From contig NC_043009.1 of the NCBI RefSeq assembly GCF_006345805.1, forward strand, positions 124,001-188,000: a DNA stretch of 64,000 bases, given 5' to 3'. Position 1 is the stretch's first letter, and the number at the start of each line of letters is the position of its first letter. Below are positions 1 through 12,515 of the stretch, piece after piece. The notes under the pieces were generated by a model, which did no database searches, was not told the origin of the DNA, and saw only the letters and a list, made by a program, of their open reading frames with translations. Source of the stretch: Octopus sinensis (taxonomy: Eukaryota). The translations under genes were made by a program, and so were the position numbers.

Positions 1-2560
1 GCGCATTTTTAGCCACGGCATCCCTAACCCACCCTTCAGCGGCTTTTGGTAGCAAATAGAGCGCCTTACAAGAGGTCTGCTGCCCCTCCACAAAAAGCGA
101 AAGAGCATGCGTTCCAGTTTGTTCAGCCACGAATCGGGGCAAGGCACGACGGTCAGGCAGTAAGTGATTACAGAGGCGATAAACACCTCTGCAACCTCCG
201 CCCTCCCTTTCAAGGACAGCTTCCGCTCAGACCATGTCTGAGTTAGGATAGCCACCTTTCTCGCCACCTCGCTCCAGTTCTTCTCTATCTGGAGATCTGG
301 ACCTAACCAGATTCCAAGCATTTTCACCGGTCCTTCCGTCCAACGTCCTACGACGCTGTCGGAAGACATCGACTTGCCCCTCCAGGTGCCGAGTTGCAAG
401 CCGACCGATTTATCCCGGTTGACTTTCGCTCCTGCCACCGCTTCGTAGTCCCTTAAGGCCTCACCCACCCACTGTAGGTGCTCGACTCGGGAAACGATGA
501 CGGTGATGTCGTCCGCATACACCGAAGCTGACTTTCCGCACCCTAGATCTTGCGGAGTGCCTCTCATAGTTTCCAACCTCCTCAGCAACGGCTCGAGGGC
601 CAAAACGTAGAGAAGCGGGGAGAGAGGACACCCTTGACGTACCGAACGTTCAATGCTGAACGGCTCCGAAAAGAAACCATTCACCCGAACCACCGATTCG
701 ATGTTGCTGTATAAAGCGTTGATCCATCCGCGAAAGGTCGGGCCGAAGCCAGCCGCCGTGAGGACCGCCGCCAGATACAGATGGTCCACCCTATCGAACG
801 CTTTCGATTGGTCCAAGTGGACCATAGCCCCACCCTTGCCAGGAATCCTATTTACCCTTTCTAAGGCATAGCGTAGAAAGTGGAGATTGTCGTGGATGGT
901 CCTTCAAGGGATAGCACAAGTTTGCGGCTCGCCAACAAGTTCACCCACGACCCGCGCCAAACTTTTTGCTAAGACCTTGGCCAAAATCATCAACTCTGCG
1001 TTAAGCACAGTGATGGGCCGAAAATTATCAATTAAATCTGCCTTGTTTGGGTCCTTTCTTAACAGCGATACCTCCCCTCGGCTCACAGACTTAGGAATTC
1101 TCCCGTTCTGCTGCCAGTTGGTGTACACGCATGCAAGTAGGTGCCCAAACAAGTCTGGCATGCTACTATAGAGCTCGTAAGGCAGACCATCGAGTCCCGG
1201 CGATTTGTCCCCGCTGCAGTCTGCCAACACATCCTCGACTTCTTTGACTGTGATCGGCGCCTCACAAGATTCCGCGTCCGACCTCGATAGACGCGGCGAA
1301 CCGGCTAGGAAGTCTGCGAACTTCTCCCCGCGCTCCTCCCGAATAGCTGGGCGAAATGATCGTGAAACACCTTGCACATCTCCTCGGGTTCGTTTACTAA
1401 TCGACCATTTGGGCCCGTCAAAGATCGAATGGTTGAGTTGTTGCCACGCTGGCCCTCTACCACCCGGGGCCATCCGGCTGCGTTGATCCCTTCCTGTCTC
1501 ATTGCACGGATCTTAGCCCTGACAATGTACCCTTCATGTTTAGCTTTGAGATGTTGGTCGAGTGCCAACCTCACCGCTAACACTTTCGATGCACTGCCTG
1601 ACCTCATTGCCTCATCTATTGCCTTAACTAGTTCCTTTTCTACTTTGTTTCTAGCACTAGCTAAGTTCTTTGCTAAACCAAATTGACTCAAATTTGATGG
1701 CTCTTTTCAGGGCGTACCACCATTTGTTGTTGATAGTGGATCCGGTTAACGTCCTCATTACTAATTGTTTAATCCGATTACTATAGGCTTCACAGTCCAA
1801 TAGTGACTTCTTTAGCTTCCAGTAACCGGTACCTCGTCTACACATGCTATCTATGTCGAGCGTACAGGTCACTAATTTGTGATCGCTGTAGCTGACGATA
1901 TGGTGTTGTGGACAGCAAAGTATTTTCTTATCTTTCCTTCTAGTTATGATTCTATCTATGTAAGATCTGGACGACCCGTCGTTTCTTGCCCAGGTCCACG
2001 CTGGAGTGTCTGGGTGGTCCAGTCTGAATCGATCTGCTATTTCGAAACGACTTAGCAGATCGTTGAGGTGAGGTAATCCCCTCCTATTCTTTCTCAAGCC
2101 AACATAATCTACGCGTGCATCGCAAATTATGTTGAAGTCACCTAGCAATACTAACGTGTTCGACGTGCCAAGAAAATTCTCTAGGCTTTTGAAATACTCT
2201 TTCTGCCCGGCTTTTCCTTCGCAGGGAGCATAGACAGCGACCAGCCTGAACACTTTACCACTGTTGTGTGTCACATCCAAAACGACCAACCTGCCTTCCG
2301 GATCTATAAAGACAGTTCTAATCTCTAAATCCAAGTTTTTCCTGACCAGCACTGCCACTCCTCCTCCCCCTCCAGGTCGACAGGGAGAAATGTATTTCTC
2401 GTAGCCGTTTAGAAGGGGCGAAAATGCCTGCAGCCCACTCAGTCTGGATTTGGTAATTATCACTACATCCAAACGATGCGACCTAAGGTCGTTAAGGAGG
2501 TAGCCTTGCTTCCAATACGACCCCAGGCCGCGAATGTTTATACAACCGAGTTTAAACGAG
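1..2560 (-). pseudogene. ORF2 (APE endonuclease + reverse transcriptase) of Tx1-like copy 1, frameshifted
   Basis: ORF-track pieces 1657-2472 (APE), 1305-1691 and 904-1473 (RT N-terminus) join by frameshifts. No ATG seen at the position equivalent to M-L-K-L-G-C of copy C. Confidence 0.9.
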
Positions 2561-2612
2561 AATGTGAAAAATTAGTCGAAAGTTTAAAACTTACGGAAGA
2601 GAGGGTGTAGTT

Positions 2613-3938
2613 TCACCCTCCTGTCTTCTGTCTGTGAGTGTTGTGTTTTGCGAGGTCAATTTTTTTCGTGAATTGCCTGTACAGATGGCTCGAAAAGTTA
2701 ATCTGTAACGGGCCGACGTCCTCCGCAAAATATTTTTTTAGTTCAAAATAGTCAGAGTTATCTATTGTATAAAATTCGACATTTTCTGAAATAGTACTAT
2801 TTATATCTGTTGCGATATATTTTTTCGCCGATTTCATTAAAATAATTTTTTCTCTTAATAGTTTATTGTTTTTATTTATCGCCGTGAAGGTGTTTCTTTT
2901 TTGTTTTTGTTAGGCGATTGTGGAGGTGTGTGTGTGTGTGTGTGTGTTTGTGGGTGTGTGTGTGCTTGTAGAACCGTGGGTGTTTGTAGGTGTGTGTGTG
3001 TGCTTGTGGTAGGTGTGTGTGTGTGTTTGTGTGTGCTTTTTCCAGTGTGTGTGTTTTTTTGGCTACGTGTGTGTTTGTGACTGTATTTGTGCGTGTGGGT
3101 GTGCTTGTCTGTCTCGGAGCATAGTCCTGTGTATCCGAAGAGGGTGGGTTTTTCCGTTTCCGTCTTCTTTTTGAAGGTTCTATGGTGACCCACTCCTGGA
3201 TGTTGTTGTTGTTGTTGTCGTCGTCGTTGTTGTTGTTGCTTTCTCCCGTTGTCGGCTGAACTTCGGCAATTGGGGTGCGCGACGTGGCTGCTATTTCTAG
3301 CGGTGTAGTTGTTGTTTTCGGCGTCGTGCTTGCCTCTGCAGCATTTTCTTTGGCTGTCTTCTTACAGCTCGACCTTATGTGGCCTTTCTCGCCACATTTA
3401 TAACACCTGGGCTTTCTCCCCTCGACTATTACCTCATGCTGGTATTATCTCCAATGGTGAGGGAGCTGGGCAATTTTTCCAAGTCCGAGGGGTTTGCTTG
3501 GATCACAAGCTCTAAATCTTGTCCATACCAGTTCATGTGGCGATATCTCTTAGACTGAAGAATGGCAATTTCTTCCTCTTTGCCTAAGAGAATCGCTGCT
3601 ATGACAAAGGCCACATCTATTTCGGGAGGAATATCTGTGACCGTTATTTTCGATGTTCTCTTTCCTAAATAGAATGGTAGAAGAACTACATCTTCCGACT
3701 TCAACGTTCTTGTTGAATGTTCCCTAGCTTTTTCTTCGCTTGGGAAACGCACCTCTACAGTGCCGAAGCGACTACCCCTCGTTATATAACTAGCTTGTTG
3801 CCATATCGGCCTCAAACATTTTTCTATGGCTTCCCTCGGCATGAAGTCAATTTTCCTATTTTTCACATTATATGTTTTGTATATTACCGTCTTTCTCTCC
3901 GTCGCGTAAATTAATTCACTGAGAGGGAGCAACTTCAC
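2613..3938 (-). pseudogene. ORF1 (gag-like nucleic-acid-binding protein) of Tx1-like copy 1
   Basis: 3429-3938 N-terminal part; after a frameshift, VEGRKPRCYKCGEKGHIRSSC (CX2CX4HX4C), a basic KRRRKRK motif, an AC-rich linker and the C-terminal piece 2613-2837. Confidence 0.85.
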
Positions 3939-4331
3939 ATTATCACCTTCTTTTTTTAATAAACTTTGGCACTTCTTTAATTCTTCCTTGTTTATAACTA
4001 TATTATCACGGGGTGAGTTGCTGCACTCGCAAAATTTATTTTTGACTTTTCCTGTTGTGTAGTAGCTTTGCTAGACATATTGTAACGCGCGCGTGAGATG
4101 CCTCTTTACTTTTACCTTCCTCCTCCCACATTTTCGCCTTCATGCCTTCAAACAAATTTTCAACGTTTTCCTCCGACTCAGAAGAAATTGGTGGCAAATT
4201 CATGTTTTTCGTCGCTTCCCCCTTGAAACAAGGGGGAAAGAACAGCAAAACTCTGCTACAACAGTAGAAAAGAAGTGGCCTCGACGACCAAAACAGCAAA
4301 TTTTCAAACTTTTCAGCATAAAAACAATCTT

Positions 4332-4360
4332 TCGCTGCGGAGCAAAGAATAACACGACCG

Positions 4361-4404
<44 letters not shown>

Positions 4405-4463
4405 CAAGCAGAGGTGGGGGAGGGAGTGAGAGAGAAGTAGAAAGGAGACATAATGCGGGATGT

Positions 4464-4505
<42 letters not shown>

Positions 4506-4731
4506 CCATATCCATACATGCATGTGCATGCATCCATGTTTTTCGTCGCTTCCCCCCCTGAAACAAGGGGGAAAGAACAGCAAAACTCTGCTGCAACAGC
4601 AGAAAAGAAGTGGCCTCGACGACCAAAACAGCAAATTTTCAAACTGTATGTATGTATGTATCTGTGCGCACCTGTTCTTTCCCCCTTGTTCCAGGAGGGA
4701 ATCGACGAAAAACATGCATGTATGGATATGG

Positions 4732-4765
<34 letters not shown>

Positions 4766-4826
4766 TTACATCCCGCATTATGTCTCCTTTCTACTTCTCT
4801 CTCACTCACTCCCCCACCTCTGCTTG

Positions 4827-4857
<31 letters not shown>

Positions 4858-4889
4858 GATCGGTCGTGTTATTCTTTGCTCCGCAGCGA
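4332..4889. repeat. Fold-back inverted repeat (arms 4332-4580 and 4672-4889) overlapping a 110-bp direct repeat (4201-4310 / 4535-4645)
   Basis: Reverse complement of 4672-4889 matches 4332-4580, including the (GA)n and (CA)n tracts and cgctgcggagcaaagaataacacgaccgatca. Confidence 0.92.
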
Positions 4890-5225
4890 TCCAAAGATCC
4901 ACAAAGATCAGAACTTAACTGCAGCTCTTGGTGGTCCAAATTAGATGTACAATTCATGCGGGTAGCTTCTCAAAATATTGTCTGGTTTAAAAAGCCACAT
5001 CAGACGCCATGATAGAGCTAAGGTGTAAATACAAGAGGTGGTCAGACTCTGCATAAGAAGTAGACAATACTCTGTTCTTTTCGAAATAATATTTATTCGT
5101 TCGCATCCAGATATTTTTTCACTGAATGATGGCAACATCTGCCTGCGCATATTGTAGTAAAATAAATTGGATCCGCACAGATGTAAACAAAAGGTGACCA
5201 TTTTCGTGAAACAGCCACAATTTTA

Positions 5226-6433
5226 CTGTCCTAAATTATTAGGCAAGTACCCAATAAAAGTGTTCTTATGGATCAAAAACGTGATTTAACATCAAATGAT
5301 AAGTCCACCATCGTTTCGGAGCTTGGAAAAACAAAAATGACATTGGAAATATCAGATCCTGGGAAGAGATCATCGAACTATGAAGAAATTTGTAGAGTCT
5401 GCTGTCTGTACGAGGGCTGACAATGATAAATCGAGGGTTGTTTCCAGGCGTACCCTGTCATGTATAACGAGGGAAGTTGCGAAGAACACGTATCTGACTA
5501 GTCGAGAAGTGTTCAAATGTTGTGGTAGGGAAGATATTTCGAAATCTACCTGGTGTCTCCTCTTGAAGCAGGTATTCAAGAAGGTAAAACCTGTTACACG
5601 ACCTCCTCTGAAGGCTGTTCATAAACAACATAGATTCAAACGGGCAGAAGACTACATGAAGATAGATTTTTCAAAAGTCCTCTTTACTGACCAATGCCAT
5701 GCTACACTACACGGACTAGATGGGTGGAGTAAAGGATGGGTTGCAATTAGAAGAAATCATCCTTATCGTTTGAGACGCCAACAAAACGGAGGTGGAGTCA
5801 TGATTTGGGCTGGTATCATTGGAGACAAGTTGGTTGGTCCTTGGAAAGTTCCAGACGTAATTAAGATGACATCTAATGCCTATGTTGCCTTTTTGGAGGG
5901 CAATTTTAAGCCATGGTTGAAGAAGCAGAAAGTTTCATTAAAGAGAATGCTGGTATTTATGCAAGATAATGCGCCCCCCCCACCATGCTGCTAAGAAATC
6001 TCTGGAATACCTACCGCAATTAGGCTTCTCTGGACACCGTTTGATGAAGTGGCCAGCGTGTTCACCTGACTTGAACCCGATTGAAAATCTATGGAGTGTG
6101 TTGAAGAGGAAGATATATCAAGATGGACTGCAGTTTTCAACGGAAGATACGATCTGGGAAGCCATTTTGGATACTGCTAACACCAGATGAAATAGTTACC
6201 TTGATAAATTCAATGGATAAACGCGTCAGGTTCTCACATATGCAGGATCACATATCCATCATTAAGACCATTATAACGTCATATTTCTTGTATTATTTCC
6301 ATTCAAACATATTATGTTCATTATAAAATCCGTTATGATTATATTTGTTGTTAAAATAAATTGTCGCATTAAATAAATGTTTATTTTTGCATAATTAGCA
6401 TTTTTATTAGACCTACCTAATAATTTAAGACGG
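5226..6433 (+). mobile_element. Tc1-like DNA transposon, DD37E (TRT-like) transposase, degenerate
   Basis: 23-bp imperfect TIRs flanked by TA. Motifs FTDQCHATLHGLDGW, GGGVMIWAGI, QDNAP.H...WPACSPDLNPIENLW. 37 residues between D and E after correcting the poly-C frameshift at about 5975. Confidence 0.88.
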
Positions 6434-6620
6434 TAAAAATGATGCCTTTTAACAAAAATGGCCGCTGTTTCTTTGCGTATGGTTGGATCAGATTTATTTT
6501 GCTACAGTACATGCAGATGGGTGTTATCGTCATGCACTGGAAGATTCGAACGAATAAATACTCATTGCGAAAAAACTGAACTGCCTAATAATTTGACACA
6601 CAGTGTATGTATATTTATAT

Positions 6621-6621
6621 G

Positions 6622-6702
<81 letters not shown>

Positions 6703-6758
6703 ATCTATCTGTCTAATATATATTCTTTATATATATATACATATATGTATATATATAT

Positions 6759-6800
<42 letters not shown>

Positions 6801-6815
6801 AATATATATATATAA
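6621..6815. repeat. (TATC)n followed by (TA)n microsatellite
   Basis: Directly visible tandem repeats. Confidence 0.98.
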
Positions 6816-6919
6816 TATGCATGTGTATGTGCATGTATGTAGTATATGTATATATGTGCATGCATTTGTGTGTGTGTGTGTTACAAGAAGAAAAGAGAAA
6901 AATTAATGATTGAGAAATA

Positions 6920-7154
6920 TTTCTTTATTTCTTTATTGCCTACAGGGAGCTATACATAGAGGGGACGAACAAGGTCAGACAAAGAGCTTAAGTTGATTAC
7001 ATCGACCCCAGTGTGTAACTGGTACTTATTTAATCGACCTTGAAAGGATGAAAGGCAAAGTCGATCTCGGCAGAATTTGAACTCAGAACGAACGGCAGAC
7101 GAAATGCCGCTAAGCATTTCACCCGGCGTGCTAACGATTCAGCCAGCTCGCCGC
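6920..7154 (-). mobile_element. tRNA-headed SINE, family B
   Basis: Reverse complement of the 42148-42380 copy; B-box-like gagttcaaatt; tail ends ...gtaggcaataaagaaa. Confidence 0.85.
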
Positions 7155-7286
7155 ACTAAATGATTGAGAAATGTTGAGACAAAAGCAAAACAAGAATAAG
7201 AGAAGATGATGGGTGAATGTGAGAGAAATATTTAAAAACTAAAAGAAATAGAGAGGGATCAAGTGACAAAGAGTGAGAGAGAGAGA

Positions 7287-7318
<32 letters not shown>

Positions 7319-7725
7319 TGGGAAACAGAGAAATAAAAATGGCGTGTAATACCGTTGGGCATAATCAAATAGCAGTCTATACCTAGATAAGGTGGAATTA
7401 ATCAAACGTAGTGTAAGAGTTTCTGAAGATAATTAGACGATATTGGTCTCATTGGTAATTTAACTTTGCTCCAGTCATTTCTATACAATTTACTTTACTT
7501 ATTTCAATGACAAACAAACGGCAAAATTAGTCCAAGTGAGTGTAGTAAGATGACTCAGATATTTATTTTGCGAATTTAACCTTCGGAAAAAATACATTTG
7601 GACTAACTTATTTATAAGCTTCTTTTGTGTTCTCCTTATGTATAACTGCATCAGTATATACAAGTAATATAGGTAAATGTTGTGTGTGTGTGTGTGTGTA
7701 TGTTACGTGTACGTGTACATATATA

Positions 7726-8516
7726 CAGGGGTTGGGCTAAATAATATAAGCACCTTAAAATTTCAAACAGACTTATTTTAATATGAGATAGGACCGCCTT
7801 TGGCGGTAATTACAGCTTGAATTCTACGAGGTATGGACTAGTACAAAGTATGAATTGTTTACAAAGGAATTTTTGTCCATTCTTTGCAATGTTTGTTTTT
7901 GAAGGTAGTGGTTTTCTGATTGAAGTCCTCCCGTGAAATCCGGCTTTGTGTAGCTCCCGGCGAACAGTTATTGTAGAGACTGGGTTCTCGAGGTGGTCAT
8001 TAAGCTCTGCAGTAATTTTGGGAACTGTACATTTGTGATCCTTTCTAACAGTTTGCGTAAGAGTCCAACAGTTTCTATCTGAAAGTTTTAGTTTTATTTC
8101 GGAGTTTTGTTTCAACAACGAGGTTTTTCTGTCTTACTCAAAGGCTGTCATTACTTTCAAGACTGTATTTCTTCATACACCAAACATTTCGGCTGTTTTT
8201 GTTACGCTAGCGCCTGCCATACGAGCACCAACAATTCGATCTCTTTGAAAGTCAGATAGATCTGTCATTTTAATGAATTTTAAATACCTTTTTCTGATGA
8301 TAGATGAAAAAAATAGCAATTCTAGCAAAACATATTAAGCATCACTAATAATAAATCAAAAACATAAAAATAAAGAAGCATTTCATTTCATTTGAGTTTG
8401 AGTCCATGCTCAGGCCAAGTCGAAGACTCCACCCTTAAAGCTTTTGACTTTTTATAGATATTTCAAAAGTATGATGCTTTGATGCTAGGCGTTGCTATCA
8501 TTTTGTCCAACCCCTG
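7726..8516 (-). mobile_element. Internally deleted Tc1-like element, same family as 39855-41815
   Basis: TIRs caggggttgg...; TA flanks; N-terminal transposase remnant (KLSDRNCWTLTQTVRKDHKCTVPKITAELNDHLENPVST) matches the 40 kb copy. Confidence 0.88.
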
Positions 8517-8524
8517 TATATATA

Positions 8525-9491
8525 CAGGGTGCGTAAGATATTTGAGTTCAGATTTGTGTTTATAAAAAAAACAAAAACAAATGGAGGTCAAATGTTAGGG
8601 GTTATGTGAACATGAAAATTTTCAGCTAACCATTCCTGTGTCACTAGAGCCATGTGTGATAATGCAGAGTCTTACTGAAACACATATGGCCTTCCATTGC
8701 ATACACTGTCTATCCAGGGCTTAACAATTATTTCCAGGACCTCAATGTAGACGACAGAGCTAACTGTAAAGCCTTGTGGAAGGAAGTAAGGAGGCATCAC
8801 ATGTCCTTCATTGCTGACAACCCCTAAAACTATGACAGTTGCAGGAAATTTTGTATGCATAACACTTGGAACTTCAGAGGGGTCTGCACATAACCATCTG
8901 TCATTTTTTCTGTTAAGTTTTTGATCTTAGTCGAAGTTTTTCTCGTTTGAGAAAAACCAAATCAAATCTTCTTCTGCAGGATTTTTCAGTTTGTTTAAGA
9001 GCCTTTTAGATCTGATGTAGTGAATTTCTTATGCTTTTTCGGACAAATTGACCTTTCCTCATCATATAAGACTTATATCTGATGTCTTCGTGGACAACAT
9101 TTCTGATTGTTCCTTCTGACACATGGAGATCTTTTGCAATTGACCTCATGCACTGTCTGGGATTGTAATTAATTGTCTGTTGAAGTTGCTGGATAAATGC
9201 AGGTGTCCTGATGATGTCGGAGCGTTTAGAATGCTTTTTATACTTTGATACTGTTGATACGTTTCCAGCTTTAGTCTCTAGCTCCTTACAAACTTTGTGG
9301 ACGAAAGATCTGGCAAATTTTAAAAATCGCTATGCACAGCTTTTATAATCACAATAACAACATGCCTCTTCACTTCTTGGGTAAGCTAAGCCTCTGCCAT
9401 TGTTATTTTCAGAAACAAAGATTATCAGAGTTATCAAAAAATGCAGCAATGACTCAAAGGAGGTAATTCCTCAAATACCTTACGCAGCCTG
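8525..9491 (-). mobile_element. maT-like (DD37D-type) mariner/Tc1 deletion derivative
   Basis: TIRs cagg(g/c)tgcgtaag(a/g)tatttgag with TA flanks; remnant KFPATVIVLGVVSNEGHVMPPYFLPQG...KPWIDSVCNGRPYVFQ. Confidence 0.82.
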
Positions 9492-9539
9492 TATATAAAA
9501 TGATTAAAATGTATGAGTTTGGGGTGTATCCGTGTGGCA

Positions 9540-10730
9540 TGCCTGTATATGTGTATTGCGTGTGTTGGTATTGAGTATGTGCTTGTGTGTGTGCGTACAC
9601 ACGGTATGGGTGCACGCGTCTTTGTGTGTGTATATACATGCATACATGTGTCTACGCGTGTGTGCGGGCCATACATACACACTACATATATATATATACA
9701 TACATACATATACACATCATACATATACATACCACACACACACACACATCACACACACACACACACACATCACACACACATACACACACACCACACACAC
9801 ACACACCACACACACATACATACAACACACATATACATATAATATACACACACACAATATACACACACACTACATACATATAGATAATACACACACACAC
9901 ACAACACACATATATATAATACACACACACACAACACACATATATAACATATATATATGATATATATATAACACACACACAACATACACATACATATAAC
10001 ACACACATACACAACACACACATATATACATACATAATATATATACAACATATATACACATAACACAAATATACATACAATACACATACGCAGCATATAT
10101 ATAATACACATACACGATATATACATATAACATATATACACAATATACACATATAATATATATATAGACAATTCATATACATATATACATATACATAAAC
10201 ACAATGTATACATACACATACACACACATACCACATATACACACAATATACATACATACAATGTATGTATATATATATATATACATATAACATATATACA
10301 CACAACATACACATACACAATGTATACATATATATACATATAATGTATATACAACACACATACAATATACATATATACAATGCATATATACACATACATA
10401 TACACAAAATGTACACATACATATACAACACACATACATATATATATATATATACAATACACATATATATACATATATATACATATATACACATATAAAT
10501 ATACACATACACATAATGCATACACATATACACACATACACACACACAACGCACACATATACACGTACATAACATATACATACATACATACATACATACA
10601 TAACATACATATATATAATGTATGCGTGTGCGCGTTGTGTATGTTTGTGGTCAATGTCTGCTAGTGTGCTGCATGTGTGCTGATGCGTGTATGTGTTTGT
10701 TTGCATGATACGGTGCGAGTTTGCGTGTGT
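9540..10730. repeat. Large compound/cryptic (CA)n/(TA)n/(CATA)n microsatellite
   Basis: Low-complexity sequence; all ORFs here are repeat translations. Confidence 0.97.
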
Positions 10731-10759
10731 CATTGTGTGTTTGTTTTGGATGTGTGCCT

Positions 10760-11700
10760 GGGGTTATATAAGAGTATATTTAGTTGTGGTCTGTATTTTT
10801 GAATAAGAGTATTTTCCCTATTTATTCGTGTTTGGTCTGTGGTGTTGTCCGGGCATTGGTATAGTGGGAAGACTAAGAATTTAGGAGACTTATTGTGTGC
10901 ACAGAGGTCTAAGTGTCCACTTACTGGTATCTGTCTTGTGGAGGGGTCTCTCAGTTTTTTGCGGTGAACTGTCATTCTTTCTCTGAGGATAAGGCTCGTT
11001 TGCCCTATGTAGTATTCGTGGCACCCTTCACACCTTATGACGTAGAGTAAATTTTTTGATGCGCACGTGAAATTATTTTTTATGATGAATGTGTGTCCCG
11101 ACCGGAACTTGTACGTCGATCCCTCAATGAGGTGAATGCAAGTCCTGCAGTTGGGACGACCACATTTTTTGATGGTGGGCGGTGGGTTTGTGTTGTGTAA
11201 TTTTGCGTTGGTGAGGAGGTCTTTTAGGGATTTAGGTTGTCTCTTACTTTTTATTATTTTATGAGCTGCCAGTAATTTTTTTAGGCGTGAGTCTTGATTT
11301 AGCTGTGGAATGTTGTTGTATATAATAGTGTAAGCTTCTGCATTTCTTGGGATGTGTGTTGAGAGATAGGGGAGGCTATTTACTGTACTATGGATGTGTT
11401 TAGGTTTTCGTAAGTCTTGAGAGTTAATTGATTTGGCCCGTTCTATTCCGTTGTCTACTAGTGATGCCGGGTAATGTCTTTCGAGAAGAATTGCCCTTAG
11501 TTCCTGGAGTCTTCTATTTCGTGTTGTGTCATTTGAGACAATTGTGCAGATTCTTCTCGCTAAGTTGAAGGGGATATTTGTCTTTGTGTGTTTTGGGTGA
11601 TTGGAGGTGAATAGAAGGTATTGTTTCGAGTCAGTGTGTTTGTAATGGATGTCAGTTTCAATGTTGACGCCTTTTTTAATGATTAGAATGTCAAGAAAAG

Positions 11701-11702
<2 letters not shown>
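10760..11702 (-). mobile_element. Penelope-like element (Neptune-type), 5'-truncated: RT C-terminus, Cys-rich linker and GIY-YIG endonuclease
   Basis: Open frame PFLDILI...YKHTDSKQYL...HPKH...CGRPNCRTC...FTCASKNLLYVIRCEGCHEYYIGQT...RERMTVH...RENTLIQKYRPQLN. Confidence 0.92.
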
Positions 11703-11739
<37 letters not shown>

Positions 11740-11761
11740 TATATATATTATATATATATAC

Positions 11762-11770
11762 AGATAGATG

Positions 11771-11840
<70 letters not shown>
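11762..11840. repeat. (GATA)n microsatellite
   Basis: Direct observation. Confidence 0.98.
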
Positions 11841-11841
<1 letters not shown>

Positions 11842-12354
11842 GCAAACATATATTCCGAGCCCCACCACCCAAATCTACCAGATACGTTACTGTAAATCTG
11901 GCGTGTTACAATTATAGCATATAATGCAATATAAATAGGTTGTTTGTAACAAACTCTACAATCCATTTCCAAAAGCTGTTAAAATAATTTCAAAAAGAAA
12001 AGCTTATTTTAAAAAGTTGAATATAGAGTTTTATGAAGAAAATAAAATGCCAATACAGGGAGGGGTAAAGCCAAATAAAAAAAAGACTAAAATAGTATGT
12101 TATACTGTGGATCCTCGTCCATTTGTATGTTATTTTCAGCACTGTAATATTCTTGTCATCACTATTATGTTGTGGCGGTATTCCGCATCTTATTATCTTT
12201 GACTCGTCTATCGTGTTATCGCTGACAGTTCCGCAAGACAATGACTTTGAAACGTCTACTTTGACAGTAACTCGAACTCGTATATATCACGTAACTGACA
12301 CTGACTTCAACTGAGAACTCATAATATGAATCTACAACTACTGACCTTCTACAA

Positions 12355-12515
12355 CAACTGGAAACGCGGTTTCGATTACCAGACCGGGCATTGTGAATGT
12401 TTATTGAGCATAAACACCTAAGCTCCACGAGGCTCCGGCGGTGGGGTGGAGGTGAACCCCGCAGTACACTTTCACCACAACTTTCTCTCACTCTTTCTTC
12501 ATACTTCTGCCACAA
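12355..12515 (+). mobile_element. Fragment of tRNA-headed SINE family C
   Basis: Matches the reverse complement of 39560-39700 (ggtttcgatt.ccagaccgggc...agctccacgaggctc...ctttctc.cactctttct). Confidence 0.75.

Larger units (their letters stand above)
1..4364 (-). mobile_element. Tx1-like (L1 group) non-LTR retrotransposon, copy 1; 5' end in window, 3' end runs off the window start; degenerate
   Basis: ORF1 with CCHC knuckle, then ORF2 with APE motifs (CINIRGL, GDFN, SYIDRI, YSDHK) and RT (KSPGLDGLP, NFRPITVLN, QGCPLSP, Y.DD). Homologous to the elements at 43.9-55.4 kb. Confidence 0.92.
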
